Source: Octopus sinensis
Taxonomy: Eukaryota
Direction: 5' to 3'
DNA: 64,000 nucleotides
Assembly: GCF_006345805.1 (NCBI RefSeq)
Contig: NC_043005.1
Span: 23,374,001-23,438,000 of the forward strand
Below, piece after piece: positions 52,736 to 64,000 of the stretch (its first letter is position 1; every line of letters starts with the position of its first letter). Position numbers and translations under genes: made by a program. Below the pieces are notes generated by a model, which ran no database searches, was not told where the DNA came from, and saw only the letters and a list, made by a program, of their open reading frames with translations.

Positions 52736-53057
52736 TGTATGCATGTATGTATGTATGTATGTATGTATGTATGTATGTATGTATGTGCATGTATGTGTGT
52801 ATGTATGTACGTATGTATGTATGTATGTATGTATGTATGTATGTATGTATGTATGTATGTATGTATGTACGTACGTATGTATGTGTGTATGTATGTATGT
52901 ATGTATGTATGTATGTATGTATGTATGTGTGTGTATGTATGTATGTGTGTATGTATGCATGTATGTGTGTGTGTATGTACGTATGTATGTGTGTATGTAT
53001 GTACGTACGTACGTACATACATATGTACGTACGTACGTATGTATGTATGTGTGTATG

Positions 53058-53091
<34 letters not shown>

Positions 53092-53165
53092 TGTATGTGT
53101 GTAGGTATGCACGTACATACATATGTACACGTATGTATGTGTGTGTGTGGGTGTGGGTATGTGTA
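52736..53165 (+). repeat. (ATGT)n microsatellite
   Basis: Directly visible. Confidence 0.97.
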
Positions 53166-53639
53166 AGTTTACTAGTCTATCAACAGTGTGTATACATTAA
53201 GTATGATACATAGGTGGTAGTTTTAATTAAATACTGCCTTAATTGCATATACCAGAATTATATTCTGCCCAGTGGCTATTTTCAGCATCAGTGAATATTT
53301 TATTCATTTTTTACCTATATCAGAGACAAGGAATTCTCATCCAAACAAGAGGCTGGCTGTAAGTGTGCATCATTGAAAAAGCCCAAAGAAGCCAAAATGC
53401 ATCAGGTGCTCACACAAGCTGCTGCTGAGATGAACTTCTAGATATTTATTGTGTTTTTAACAAAGCAAGTCCATAAGACATGCTATCTCAAGAACAAACT
53501 GCAGTAACTGGTCAGTAGACAGCGTGTACAGGATTATTAAGTATGGTACATAAACTGCTCTTTTGTATGTGTGTGTGTGTATGCATACATAGATTTCCCC
53601 TTTTTTGGTGGGGTTCATAGGTACATCATGCTACCTGGT

Positions 53640-54500
53640 TTAACACCACCACCTGCCAATCATAATGTTCCTTTCATTGCTCTGAAATATTACAACTCAG
53701 AGCTTACCCCTATACTTACCAAAATCTTCAAGCCCTCCTGTTTTTTACAGAATCTATACTGATCTTTGAAAACACACTTCACTGTTTCCCTTTTCCGATC
53801 CTACCAGCTATCCATTCTATTACTCTCACCTCCAACATCTCCAAGGTAATAGAGACAGCCACTAACAATAATGTTTGTCAACACCTTGAACCATTCTTCC
53901 CCCATTACTGCCACTAGTATGGCTTCTGTAGAGCTACATCCCCTGGAGTGACCTTATACTTTTATATCACCTACCAGCGGGCTCCCACTAATGAAAAATT
54001 CAGTGCCAGCAAAGCTCTTGACTGTATTTACTATGGGAATTTCCTATTGAAATTTTCTTCCTACAAGCTGTATATGCCTCTTTTCTTTTGGATTCGTACC
54101 TTTCTGTCTAATCACACCATCATGATATGTGTTGACAGTATTTTCTATCTCATGTTCAATCAACTCTGGTGCGTCCCAGCTTTCAGTGTTGTCCTCCACT
54201 CCCTTCCTTCAATACATACTGATCTTCTTACCATCACATCTAACAGCATCCACTCTTATATAGATGATGCAAGCCTTCATTCCTCTCTAATCTTCTCCAA
54301 CCACACATCATCCGAGCACAATCTAAACACTATATGTTAAACCTTTACTGATTCAATGAAGCGAGACCTAAAGAACATCTTCTGGCCAGGCCATACAAAC
54401 CTTGTTTTTTTTCAACAGCACAAAAAAAAAAAAAAATTACCCCAAAACACAAGCACTACTTGTATCAAGGAAACATTGTCATACCACACTCCTCTTCAAT
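53640..54500 (+). mobile_element. CR1/Jockey-group LINE RT remnant
   Basis: SELTPILTKIF, ITLTSNISKVIE, YGF, WIRTFLSNHTI, INSG and SIHSYIDDASL (YADD-like) appear in RT order across frameshifts. Confidence 0.8.
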
Positions 54501-54796
54501 GTAAGTAGCACTCAACTATTTATATATCCATACTGTCAGCTATTTGTTTTGAAAATTTTGTTTCAGACTGCAACGTTGGTGATTCCCAAAGTCTACCATT
54601 TAAAACAAAAATCCAAAGAAAGGTTTGAATAAAAGGAATAATAATAAATGAGTTTCAGGATGATGATGCTTATTTTAAAATTCTGTTGTTCAATAATTTT
54701 GTGCTCATAGACTTGCACTTCCCTAATACAAAATTACTTAAATTTTTCTGTAAATAACGATGGTAGAGCACCACTTGAAAATGTCTTCATTTTTGT

Positions 54797-55092
54797 GCTG
54801 ATGTCACGTTAAAAGCACTGGTGCTTGTGCCACATTAAAAGCACTGGTGCAGGTGCTACATTAAAAGCATTCATACCAGTGCCATGTTAAAAGCACTGGG
54901 GCTGGTGCCACATAAAAGTGCCCAGTACACTCTGTGGAATGCTTGACATTTGGAAGGACATCCAAATGTAGAAACCAAGCTAGAACAGGCAATGGAGCCT
55001 GGTGAGGCTCCCGGCCTTACCAGCTCCAATCAAACCGCCCAACCCATGCAAGAATGGACAATAGATGTTAGATGGTAATGATGATGATGATA
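54797..55092 (+). mobile_element. RTE-like tail with a 26-bp tandem unit x5
   Basis: gccacattaaaagcactggtgc.. units at 54803, 54829, 54855, 54881 and 54907, then the standard tail ending in (GAT)n. Confidence 0.8.
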
Positions 55093-57099
55093 TTATTGCT
55101 AAAGTGTTATTATCAAAATTGAAATCATACCTTAATTGAATTATTTAAATTATTTTACCTGATATCTATGCATTTGATGTAGAGCTTGATCTGTTAGATA
55201 TTGCAGCAGAATCTCCCTTTGACCACGCCCGCCTTACTTAAACAACAACACAACCATGGACAACAACAACAAAAAAATCTTAAACAATCTGAATCAATCA
55301 AATCCTCCCACATCAGATAACAATTGCACAATAATAATTTAACAACAAAAACACAAGCATGAACAACAATAACAGTATAAAAAAAAATTGTAATTAAAAA
55401 ATAAGACGTATGACAAACAAACAATGACATGAACAACAATGCAAAACAAATTAGCAATAACACAAATAGAAGTAAACAAAGAAACGAATAGATACAAAGA
55501 AGGAGACAGGAAGTATACAAGACTGGTGGTTAGTAGTCTGATTTGATTGAGAAGGGATGACAGACGACATGATGAAGTATTAAAAATTGACCTTAAAAGT
55601 CAAATTTTTATGAAACTATAATAAAACTAGATTTTACTATTTATTTTAGACTGGACAGAAAGGTTGATGGAGTAAAATTTACATAGTGTTATACTAATAT
55701 TTAATTGTTTCTTTCTCCATTATTTATTTGCCTGTATCAATGTTGAAAAGAAAAGATTTTGAAAACAGCTGCCCTGAAGAAGATGAATGAATAAACTCTG
55801 TTTTGAGAATATCATAATCATCGTTGACAGCATCAGCAGCATTGGCATGAGTGTCATTGGTTAATGTCAATGATTCATGCTGGTGTGGGTTGGATAGTGT
55901 GACAGGATCTGATAAGTCCAAGGACTGCATCATGTGTCTGCTTTGATATGGTTTCTTTGACTGGATGCCCCTTCTAGAACCAACGACTTTACAATATACA
56001 CTGGGTACTTTTTTCCATTCCACTGGTACTACTGAAGTGACCAGGCAGCTTGCAAGACTATGACACCTGAGGTGATGGATAGGGATAGCATTAGGTGAGG
56101 AGATGAGAGAAGGCAGATGGCAAGCAAGTTCTTTACAGGAGCTACATGGCTACTCCCATTTCAAAGGGAAGGTGAAAATGCTCAATAGGGAGCTGCAAAA
56201 TGATAAATATAAATAATGATGATGAGGTACTGAGGTGGTTTCTCAAGGTTCGTAGAGAGTAGAAGTGAGTGGGAACAAAGGAGGTAGGAATGTGTTTTAT
56301 ATGCATGGTGTTAGGAAGGGCATCCAGCCATAGAAACCATACCAAATCAGACTGGAGTCTAGTGAAGTCCCTCGAGTTGCCACCCCTGGTCAAACCGTCC
56401 AACCCATGGATGTTAACTGATGATGATGATGATGTATATAGTATATATCATCAGTTTGCATTCACTTTCCATGCTGGCATGGCTTGGATGAGTTTTTATG
56501 TCCTGAGTCTATTATATTTAAAGTTATTTCCTTCCTAGTTCATTTTTGGTTTGCACCAGGTACATTTTTTATTATGATTTTGACATTAGTGGGAATGCCT
56601 TGCATCATATAAAGCTTGAGTGTTCTCACTGCTCTATGATGTCATCATACACTCATAGTGATGTATCCAAGAATGTGAATAGAAGAGAGGGTGACTGAAG
56701 GTGGTTGGTGGTTAATAGGGGTGGAGGTGGTTCAGGGTAAGAGTGAGTGATGGATGTCAGAAGCAAGTGGTTCAGGAGAGATGAAGTGATGACTGACAAT
56801 ACTGAAAGAGTAAAGGGAGGTAATATTGGGTCCTGCCTTCATGAATTGCACCAACAGAATAATAGTACAGCAACTAGAAAGAGAGAATTGATGGAGGGAA
56901 GATGAATGATGGACAGAAGAATGAATTAGTGACATGAGTAATTAGGAGATGAGTGATATAAAGACAAAAGTGTATGAAAGAGTGGAGAGTTGGTGGGTGT
57001 TGGCTTGACAAATATATATCAGGTGAGAGACCCAAATATGTGCACAGACATATATATGTACACATATTATGCCATTCTATCTCCATCACTACCATAATT

Positions 57100-57830
57100 T
57101 TCAACATTGGTTTCTCCATGCTTGCATAGATGGTTGGGTCTTCTGCAACGCTTCACATCTCCAACTAATATGGTTCTTTGTTATTTCTTCAATGAGGTTC
57201 AGCATCATGAAATCTACCTCAATTCATTGCATATGTCCCTAGGTCTTCCTCTTCCTTAGGTTCTACCTAATTTCAACACCCTGCAGCTGTTAGCTTCCAT
57301 ACGCATCACATCTTTATACTAAATCCTTGGGCAGTCTTCTTTTTCATATGCTACATTAGATTCCTTGTATATGCAATTTTTCTAATTTCATTTGAATTAG
57401 ATTGTTCTTACACACTAAAATTATGCATTCAGCAAGGCATGCTGGCTTCGTTTCTTTGTAGTCATTGTAGGTCCCTTGCATACAGAGTTTATTTCTTACT
57501 CCCTTGCAGTTCATACACAAATTTCATACAATCTGCCTTTTACACTGAGAGAAACAATATGTTACCAACAGCAAAAGCAATAGCTTCCTGATCTCTCCAG
57601 CTTGTTCTTACTCTGACTACTACAGTTTGGGAACAACCACATCTACTGATAATTATGTTACTTATATATCAGTAGTTATCAGCTATTTTTAAATCGTAGG
57701 GAACCTTCTGGGCATTTGAGAGAATGTATTTCCTGTGTACTCTTAGTGTCTGTTGCCTCTGTGCATTTGTCACATGAAAAGATTGCTTTCTCCATTAATC
57801 TGCCTGTGATTCCACAGCACCTCATAGTTA
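57100..57830 (-). mobile_element. RTE LINE remnant
   Basis: Similar to 14650-15065; decayed GRGRPR and post-RT motifs. Confidence 0.55.
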
Positions 57831-57839
57831 TAGAAACAG

Positions 57840-57950
57840 CGATTAGGAAGAGAATTAGCCTAGATTAGATGCAATTTGGCTTTGTGCCAGGAAGAAGTAC
57901 TACTAAAGCCAGCTTCCTAGTGAGAAAACTGCAAGAGAAGTACTTAGCTA
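57840..57950 (+). mobile_element. RTE RT fragment
   Basis: MQFGFVPGRSTTKASFLVRKLQEKYLA. Confidence 0.85.
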
Positions 57951-58261
57951 ATGTGTGTGCATGTGTGTGTGTGAATAGTAGCCAAATTTCCCTCAAATCA
58001 CACTCACCTATCTTACAAAAGGAGAGAACACATTGGACAATGCAGTTCTAAATATACAAAAAGATGAGATTACATACATATATGCAACAAAAGAATACAA
58101 CAATGTTGTGCATAACAGTCTTCCTTTATTAAAAAAATAGGATTGACTCATTCATTTTGCTCAAGGGAACTATTTTCTGTTGTTTTTTTTTATTTTTGTT
58201 CTTTTTATTTTTGGTTTCGAATTGTTACAGACAAGTAAATAATAATAATAAAGCAAATAGA

Positions 58262-58660
58262 ACGTTCACTCCCAAATATTGTTATTATCAATAAAGAGGC
58301 AAAAGTGTGTTGCTTCATCAATGGTGCTTGTCCTTTTGATGCAAGGCTGTTAGAAAAAGAATGTGAGAACATAGAAAATACCAATATCTAAACACACTGC
58401 AAATAATTTAGAATTGCCTTAAAGTTATTGATATCCAAATTGTAATAGGAACTGTTGCTGAAAGTTTGAATGGTCAGATGAGGTTGTTGGATATCAAGAT
58501 GAATTTCCTGACTCTACAGTAATCATGTTTGTTTGGTACAGTGAGGACTGTCGTAAAGGTGCTAGTTTTCTAATTTTCTAATGTTGTGGGACACAATTTG
58601 ATACCTGATGATCCAAAACCAGCAGGAGAACAATGAAATAATGAGGGGATGAAATGATAA
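58262..58660 (+). mobile_element. R4/Dong-type LINE, restriction-like endonuclease remnant
   Basis: PNIVIINKEAKVCCFINGACPFDARLLEKE..KYQYL. Confidence 0.7.
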
Positions 58661-58669
58661 TAATGATAA

Positions 58670-58835
58670 AAGTAATAGAACTGTTACAAAAGGTTTGTCT
58701 CCTTGGCATGGCCAGAATAATCAGGAAAGTATTAGACAGCTGAAAAGAATGGATAACATGGTACCGTAGGCTGTAGGTAGCAAGCCCACTGCACATGCAA
58801 GACTCCAGGAGCTCCAACAAAACTTGTGATAAAAA
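58670..58835 (+). mobile_element. R4/Dong-type LINE extreme 3' end
   Basis: ELLQKVCLLGMARIIRKVLDS*, a short 3' UTR, then (AAT)n. Confidence 0.8.
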
Positions 58836-58880
58836 GAAATAATAATAATAATAATAATAGTAATAATAATAATAATAATA

Positions 58881-59800
58881 ATGGAGCTGGACAATATCTT
58901 GCACAAAGAAATGAAAGACATCACTGCATATTTCAAGTGTCTCAAACTTTTCTTGAAATCAAAACTCAACTCAAGGAACCTTGTGACTGCCATCAACATA
59001 TGGGCTGTTGCTGTAGTCCACTATAGTGCACCCGTCCTGAGATGGACACAAACGGAGATTGACCAACTCGATCACATTACTTGAAAGACAATGACAATGC
59101 ATGGTGCCCTCCACCCTAAGGCAAATGTACACAGGCTCTATATGAAGAGAGGTAAAGGTGGATGTGGGCTGATTAGCATACAGGAGTGAATCAACAGTGA
59201 AAGACAAAACATGCCAAAATATTTGGTAAACAGCAAACAAGACCTGCTACAGTATGCTGCTGGTGCAGAAGGAATTAGCAAAAATGAACTTGAGAGTGCT
59301 CCTGAATTCCAATGAAGAACAGCCAATGAGAGAGAAGGAACTCTACTCCGTACGGAATTACATGGTCAGTTCCACTGTGAAACCAACAAATTAAAAGACC
59401 AGGAAGCATGGAGGTAGCTCAACAAGGGTGACCTAAAAAAGAAGACTAAAAGCCTAATCATCACTGCCCAGGACCAGGCATTGAATACCAACACAGTGAA
59501 AAAGAATATACACCACACAAGTGCATCGGACCTCTGCAGAATGTGTGGGAAGAGGGTCGAAAGCCTGACTCGCATTGTTAGTGCTTGTGAAAGTCTTGCG
59601 CAGAAAGAGTACAAGCTTAGACATGACAAGGTACCCCAAAACCTCCGCTGGCTACTATGCCGTAAGTATGGATATGAGGTTACAGGTGCTTGGTACCAAC
59701 ATACACCAGAAAAGGTAATGGACGAAAAGAGGAAGGCAAAATTCCTCTGGGACTACCCACATAAATTCAATCAAGAATAAGAATGAACCCGGGTCAAATC
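58881..59800 (+). mobile_element. R4/Dong-type LINE post-RT and CCHC region
   Basis: KSKLNSRNLVTAINIWAV..HPKANVHRLYMKRGKGGCGL..LHGQF..AQDQALNTN..CRMCGKRVESLTRIVSAC..RHDKV. Confidence 0.92.
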
Positions 59801-59802
59801 AC

Positions 59803-59848
59803 AAATAATAATAACAACAACAACAACAACAACAGCACCAGCAACAGC

Positions 59849-59884
<36 letters not shown>

Positions 59885-59947
59885 AATAATAATAATAATA
59901 ATAATAATATAATAATGATAATAATAATCGTAATAATAATAATAATA

Positions 59948-59978
<31 letters not shown>
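59803..59978 (+). repeat. (CAA)n-(AAT)n microsatellite
   Basis: Directly visible. Confidence 0.97.
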
Positions 59979-59979
<1 letters not shown>

Positions 59980-60625
59980 TTGCCCCATGAAAAAAACTGG
60001 TGGGAACACAATCCACCTCCAGTGCTTGGAAATGACCACATCTCACTCCTCTGGAACTTCACCATTCAAACTGACAGGAAGATAGATGCAAATAGGCCAG
60101 ACATCATATTGAAAGACTTCAGACAAAGAACATGCCTCCTCATTGATATGACTGTCCCAATCGATATAAACGTATCTGTCAAGACCTACCAAAAACTGAG
60201 CAAATATAAAGATCTTGAAATAGAAATCAGCAAAATGTGGAAGCTGAAGACTAAAACAATACCTGTTGTCATAGGTGCCCTGGGAATGATAGCGAAAGGG
60301 ACTGATTGCTACCTAACTCAGATACCAGGAAACCCCAAAATGGCAGAAATTCAAAAGATAGTGCTCATGGGAACTGCTCATATCCTACGCAAAATACTCT
60401 CTATGTAATCCCAAGGTTTAAAACAAACTTTTTTTATTTATTTATTATTTAAAAAAAAATTTTTTTTTTAAATTTTATTTTTATGTATTAGACATTCACT
60501 AGTACAACACAAAAAAAACCTCCCAAATATATGGCACAGAACTTCCAACCTGTTGTCTCTTGAGGTCTCTGGGTGAGACTTGGAGCCAACTTGTACAGAC
60601 ATAAAGCAAAAGTCAAACATAGAAT
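59980..60625 (+). mobile_element. R4/Dong-type LINE 3' end with intact 142-aa RLE frame
   Basis: LWNFTIQTDRKIDANRPDIIL..LIDMTVP..KLSKYKDL..IPVVIGALG..IQKIVLMGTAHILRKILSM, then 3' UTR and (AAT)n. Confidence 0.95.
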
Positions 60626-60653
60626 AATAATAATAATAATGATAATGATAATA

Positions 60654-60938
60654 GCTCAGATATCAGGAAACCCCAAAATGGCAAAAATTCAAAAGATAGT
60701 GCTCATGGGAACTGCCCATATCCTACATAAAATACTGTCTATGTAATTTCAAATTTCAAAACAAACATAATTTTCTTATGGATTCTTGGACATTCTCTAG
60801 AACAACACTATGTACAAAACCAAATATATGACACCTTAGGCATAACACCAACATGAACTTCTAACTTGTTGTCTTTTGAGGTCTCTGGGTAAGACTTAGA
60901 GCCAACTTGTACAAATACAAAGCAAAAGTCAAACATAA

Positions 60939-60940
<2 letters not shown>
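60654..60940 (+). mobile_element. second, more 5'-truncated copy of the same Dong-type 3' end
   Basis: Nearly identical to 60317-60625. Confidence 0.93.
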
Positions 60941-61001
<61 letters not shown>

Positions 61002-61002
61002 G

Positions 61003-61089
<87 letters not shown>

Positions 61090-61102
61090 TAATAATAATA
61101 AT
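60938..61102 (+). repeat. (AAT)n microsatellite
   Basis: Directly visible. Confidence 0.97.
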
Positions 61103-61526
61103 GGTTTCAAATTTTGGGTCAAGTGGTTTTGAGCAAGAAGAATAGTAAAATACATCAACCCAGTTATCAATTGGTATTTATTTTATCAACCCCAGGAGGA
61201 TGAAAAACAAGGTCAACCTTGGCAGAATTTGAACTCAGAATGTTAAGTCAGAAGAAATGCTGTTAAACATTTTGTTTAGCATGATAATGATTCATATTTC
61301 TTTATCAGCCACAAGGGGCTAAACATAGAGGGGACAAACAAAGACAGACAAAGGGATGAAGTCAATTACATTGACCCTAGTGCAGAACTGGTACTTAATT
61401 TATCGAACCCCAAAAGGATGAAAGGCAAAGTCGACCTCGGCAGAACTTGAACTCAGAACATAAAGACAGACGAAATACCGCTAAGTATTTCGCCCAGCGT
61501 GCTAATGATTCTGCCATCTCACCGCC
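61103..61526 (-). mobile_element. two adjacent SINEs (second family)
   Basis: 61103-61292 is degenerate; 61297-61526 is well preserved (gaaaggcaaagtcgacctcggc..gctaatgattctgccatctcaccgcc). Confidence 0.88.
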
Positions 61527-61594
61527 TTTTCCAGCTCACCACCTTGATTCTGCTAGTGATCTAAGTGCAGACATGACTGTGTAGGCAAACAATT

Positions 61595-62094
61595 GCATTA
61601 GGATGTTAGATGAGTGTGTGACTTCAAAACAATAGAAAAGTGGTGTGAACATGAAACAAAAGCTATGATAGAAAATGAGAATTACATAATCTTGTGGGAC
61701 TTCACCATACGTTTGAGGCAAGAAGACCAAACATGATTATAGAGGACAAAATAAACAGTGTAAGATCATAGTGTAATTTCCTATGATAGTAGGGTCAATA
61801 CCAAAGAAATTAAAGAAATTGAGAAATATCAGGATTTTGTCAGAGAGCTTGAGAAAACTACGGAAGACCAAGACAACAATTATTTCTGTAGTTATCAGTG
61901 TACTTGGCACAACACCCAAAATGTTGCCTAAAAAAACTGAAGAAAATTGGAATTGAAACTTGTATTGTTGGCCTGCAGAGAACTACTGTTCTATATTCTG
62001 CAAGAATCCTAAGAAATATTCCTGAGATTTGAGGAGACTTGTCACCAAACCTCAAAATAAAATAACTGCTAACTAAATTAGCATATCCTAGCGA

Positions 62095-62095
<1 letters not shown>
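61595..62095 (+). mobile_element. R4/Dong-type LINE RLE remnant
   Basis: ENYIILWDFTI..RRPNMIIEDK..KIEKYQDFVREL..SVVISVLGTTPK..LQRTTVLYSARILRNIPEI*. Confidence 0.85.
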
Positions 62096-62135
<40 letters not shown>

Positions 62136-62136
<1 letters not shown>

Positions 62137-62349
62137 CCTTTCTACTATAAGCACAAAGGCAGCAATTTTGGGGAAGGGGTTAAGTCAATTATATCAACCC
62201 CAGTATGCAACTGGTACTTAATTTATCGACACTGAAAGGATGAAAGGCAAAGTCAATCTCGGTTGAATTTGAGTTCAGAACGTAGCAGCAGATGAAATAC
62301 AGCTAAGCATTTCACCCAACGTGCTAATGATACTGCCAGCTTACCACCT
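62136..62349 (-). mobile_element. SINE (second family)
   Basis: Collinear with 61297-61526 in the head and body. Confidence 0.88.
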
Positions 62350-62359
62350 AATAATGGAG

Positions 62360-63440
62360 AGTTAAAAAGAAAAGAGAGTTGAAGAGAAAAGAAAGTCTAC
62401 TGGAAATGAGAAACCATGGTCAATTTGAAAGAAATTCATAGGATATCAAGGATAAAACAGCACATTAAGCAAGGTGGTTTGAAGTGTACCTCTGAAAGCT
62501 TGAAAATTGTAGCTCAAGACCAAACTCTTGCTACCAATTAGGTGAAGTGAAGCATCTACAAAACTTCTGACACCCAGAAATGCAAACTCTATGTAAAGAA
62601 TGTGGAAAATGTAAGCCACTTGATAAGTGGATATGAGAGCTGTGGTGTATGCAAGAGAGATTCGAAATAAAGGCACCTACCTTCTCTTCACTCAGATGGA
62701 GACCCTTCAGCGGTAATGGATCCTTCAACACAGCCCGACCCGAACGCTAGAAATAGCAGCTGCCCCTCCCAACCTTAACAACGTGCTGACGCCGTCTTAC
62801 CCGCTCGGCGACCTGCCTCGAAAAAGGCAGGATCCTGCCCTCGCTGCACGCGCGTCACTGCTGCCCCTTCCGGTCAGCCCCAAGTTCCTGTCAGCTCCCC
62901 AGCTGCTGACGTCATCCCACAAGAGCCTTGCAAAAAAGGAATGCAAATACTGCCATGAAAAAGTCTGTTTGTATCTTCTTTGGCTTTTATATAAAAAAAC
63001 ACCAATATAAAGTAATAGAGAATTGGTATCAGCATGTACCTTGTAAAGTAAGGCAGGAGGATGAGAAAGCAACGATATTCTGGGATTATGATTTTCTGAC
63101 TGAGAGAGTAACGGAGCATTGCTGACTGGGCATTATCATATTGGACAAGAAAGACAAATACTGTCAAATCATTGATGTAGCCATATGAAATGACAAGAAT
63201 ATTGCAAGTAAAGAGGTTGAATTGAAAGTGGAGATGGCAAGACTGTTTGGAACGTGAGGGGATAATGTAAATGTGATACCAGTTGTGATCAGGGCATTAG
63301 GGTCAATCCCATTGAAATTTCAGAATATCTTAAAGTGGTTTGGAATACATTGCAGCATTGGTGTCATACAACAGTCAGCCTTGTTAGGGTACTGCACACA
63401 TTTTAAGGGAAGTATTATCTGTCTAAGGTCCTTGCTTCAT
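62360..63440 (+). mobile_element. R4/Dong-type LINE remnant interrupted by a solo LTR
   Basis: VAQDQTLATN..SHLISGYES|LAKKECKYCHEKV..ATIFWDY..IIDVA..IPVVIRALGSIP. Confidence 0.85.
62641..62921. mobile_element. solo LTR, 281 bp
   Basis: Begins TGTGG, ends CCACA, flanked by the identical 5-bp TSD agagc (62636-62640, 62922-62926); removing it restores the LINE reading frame; CpG-rich. Confidence 0.9.
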
Positions 63441-63511
63441 TGCAAAAATGAAAAAATGGTGGTGGTGATGAGGTGGCAAAGAAGAAGAAGAAGAAGAAGA
63501 AGAAGAAGAAG

Positions 63512-63542
<31 letters not shown>

Positions 63543-63544
63543 GG

Positions 63545-64000
63545 AAAGAAAAAACATGGTCAATACTTGAGAAGGCTTGACAGGAGAGTAAGCCCAAAGT
63601 GAAAGTCAACAATGGCACAAAAGCTTCAGACTAAAAGTGGAAGCAGAACTGCTGATTCTCACTGCAAAAGACCAATGCCAGACCACAAACAGTTATAAAA
63701 ACAAAATAATCGTAAAAGGAACCTAACAGCAAATGCAGAATGTTCAACCATTACAATGGCTGACCATATCAATCTGAGTAAACATATTGACATACAGACA
63801 CACAGACTGGGCAATATGTCTTTACTTCAATACAGAAACAGACAAGAAGTGGTATAAACATGTAGCAAACATAATGCCTGACAAAGAGCTGGTTACAGTC
63901 ATCTGGGATATACCTGTCCAAACTAACAAAGACACCAAGGAAAACTGTTCACACATAATAATGAAGAGGTTGAAAAAAAATAAACTGGTTCACACTGATA
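63545..64000 (+). mobile_element. R4/Dong-type LINE remnant running off the window end
   Basis: KKHGQYLRRL..EAELLILTAKDQCQTTN..SKCRM..KKWYKH..VTVIWDIPVQTNK. Confidence 0.8.

Noticed and set aside
52632-53213. Six 128-156 aa ORFs
   Set aside because: The (ATGT)n microsatellite lacks stop codons
54797-54925. 26-bp periodic repeat resembling a CRISPR array
   Set aside because: No unique spacers; it is an expansion of a unit also present in other RTE tails (44285-44330)
58600-58660. CTGATGA..GAAA hammerhead-like words
   Set aside because: No stem II or stem III pairing between the motifs
62641-62921. GC-rich insert as bacterial or viral contamination, or a CpG-island promoter
   Set aside because: The precise TSD and TG..CA termini inside a LINE frame explain it as a solo LTR

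Overview
AT-rich, repeat-dense animal genomic DNA. The tRNA-derived SINE families, RTE tails and microsatellite load resemble Octopus (coleoid cephalopod) repeats as I recall them; the species is an inference. There is one clear protein-coding gene: a + strand ZNF800-like C2H2 zinc-finger ORF (17116-19188, 690 aa) in a single coding exon behind a canonical splice acceptor. It is preceded by what looks like a long intron and followed by a TE-poor, U-rich stretch that may be a very long 3' UTR. The rest is mostly transposable-element debris: SINEs, RTE and CR1-like LINE remnants, hAT MITEs with 8-bp TSDs, a fold-back rosa/maT-type mariner derivative, Helitron and Penelope pieces, and a 5.7-kb stack of about 8 same-strand R4/Dong-type LINE fragments separated by (AAT)n. 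One of these is interrupted by a young CpG-rich solo LTR with a perfect 5-bp TSD. I found no demonstrably new biological system. The best leads are long fold-back dsRNA formers in the presumed ZNF800 intron, a degenerate GTTGTC..GACAAC hairpin array in its 3' region, an unidentified decayed minus-strand coding relic at about 30-34 kb, the Dong stack and the solo LTR. All identifications were made by eye, without database searches.
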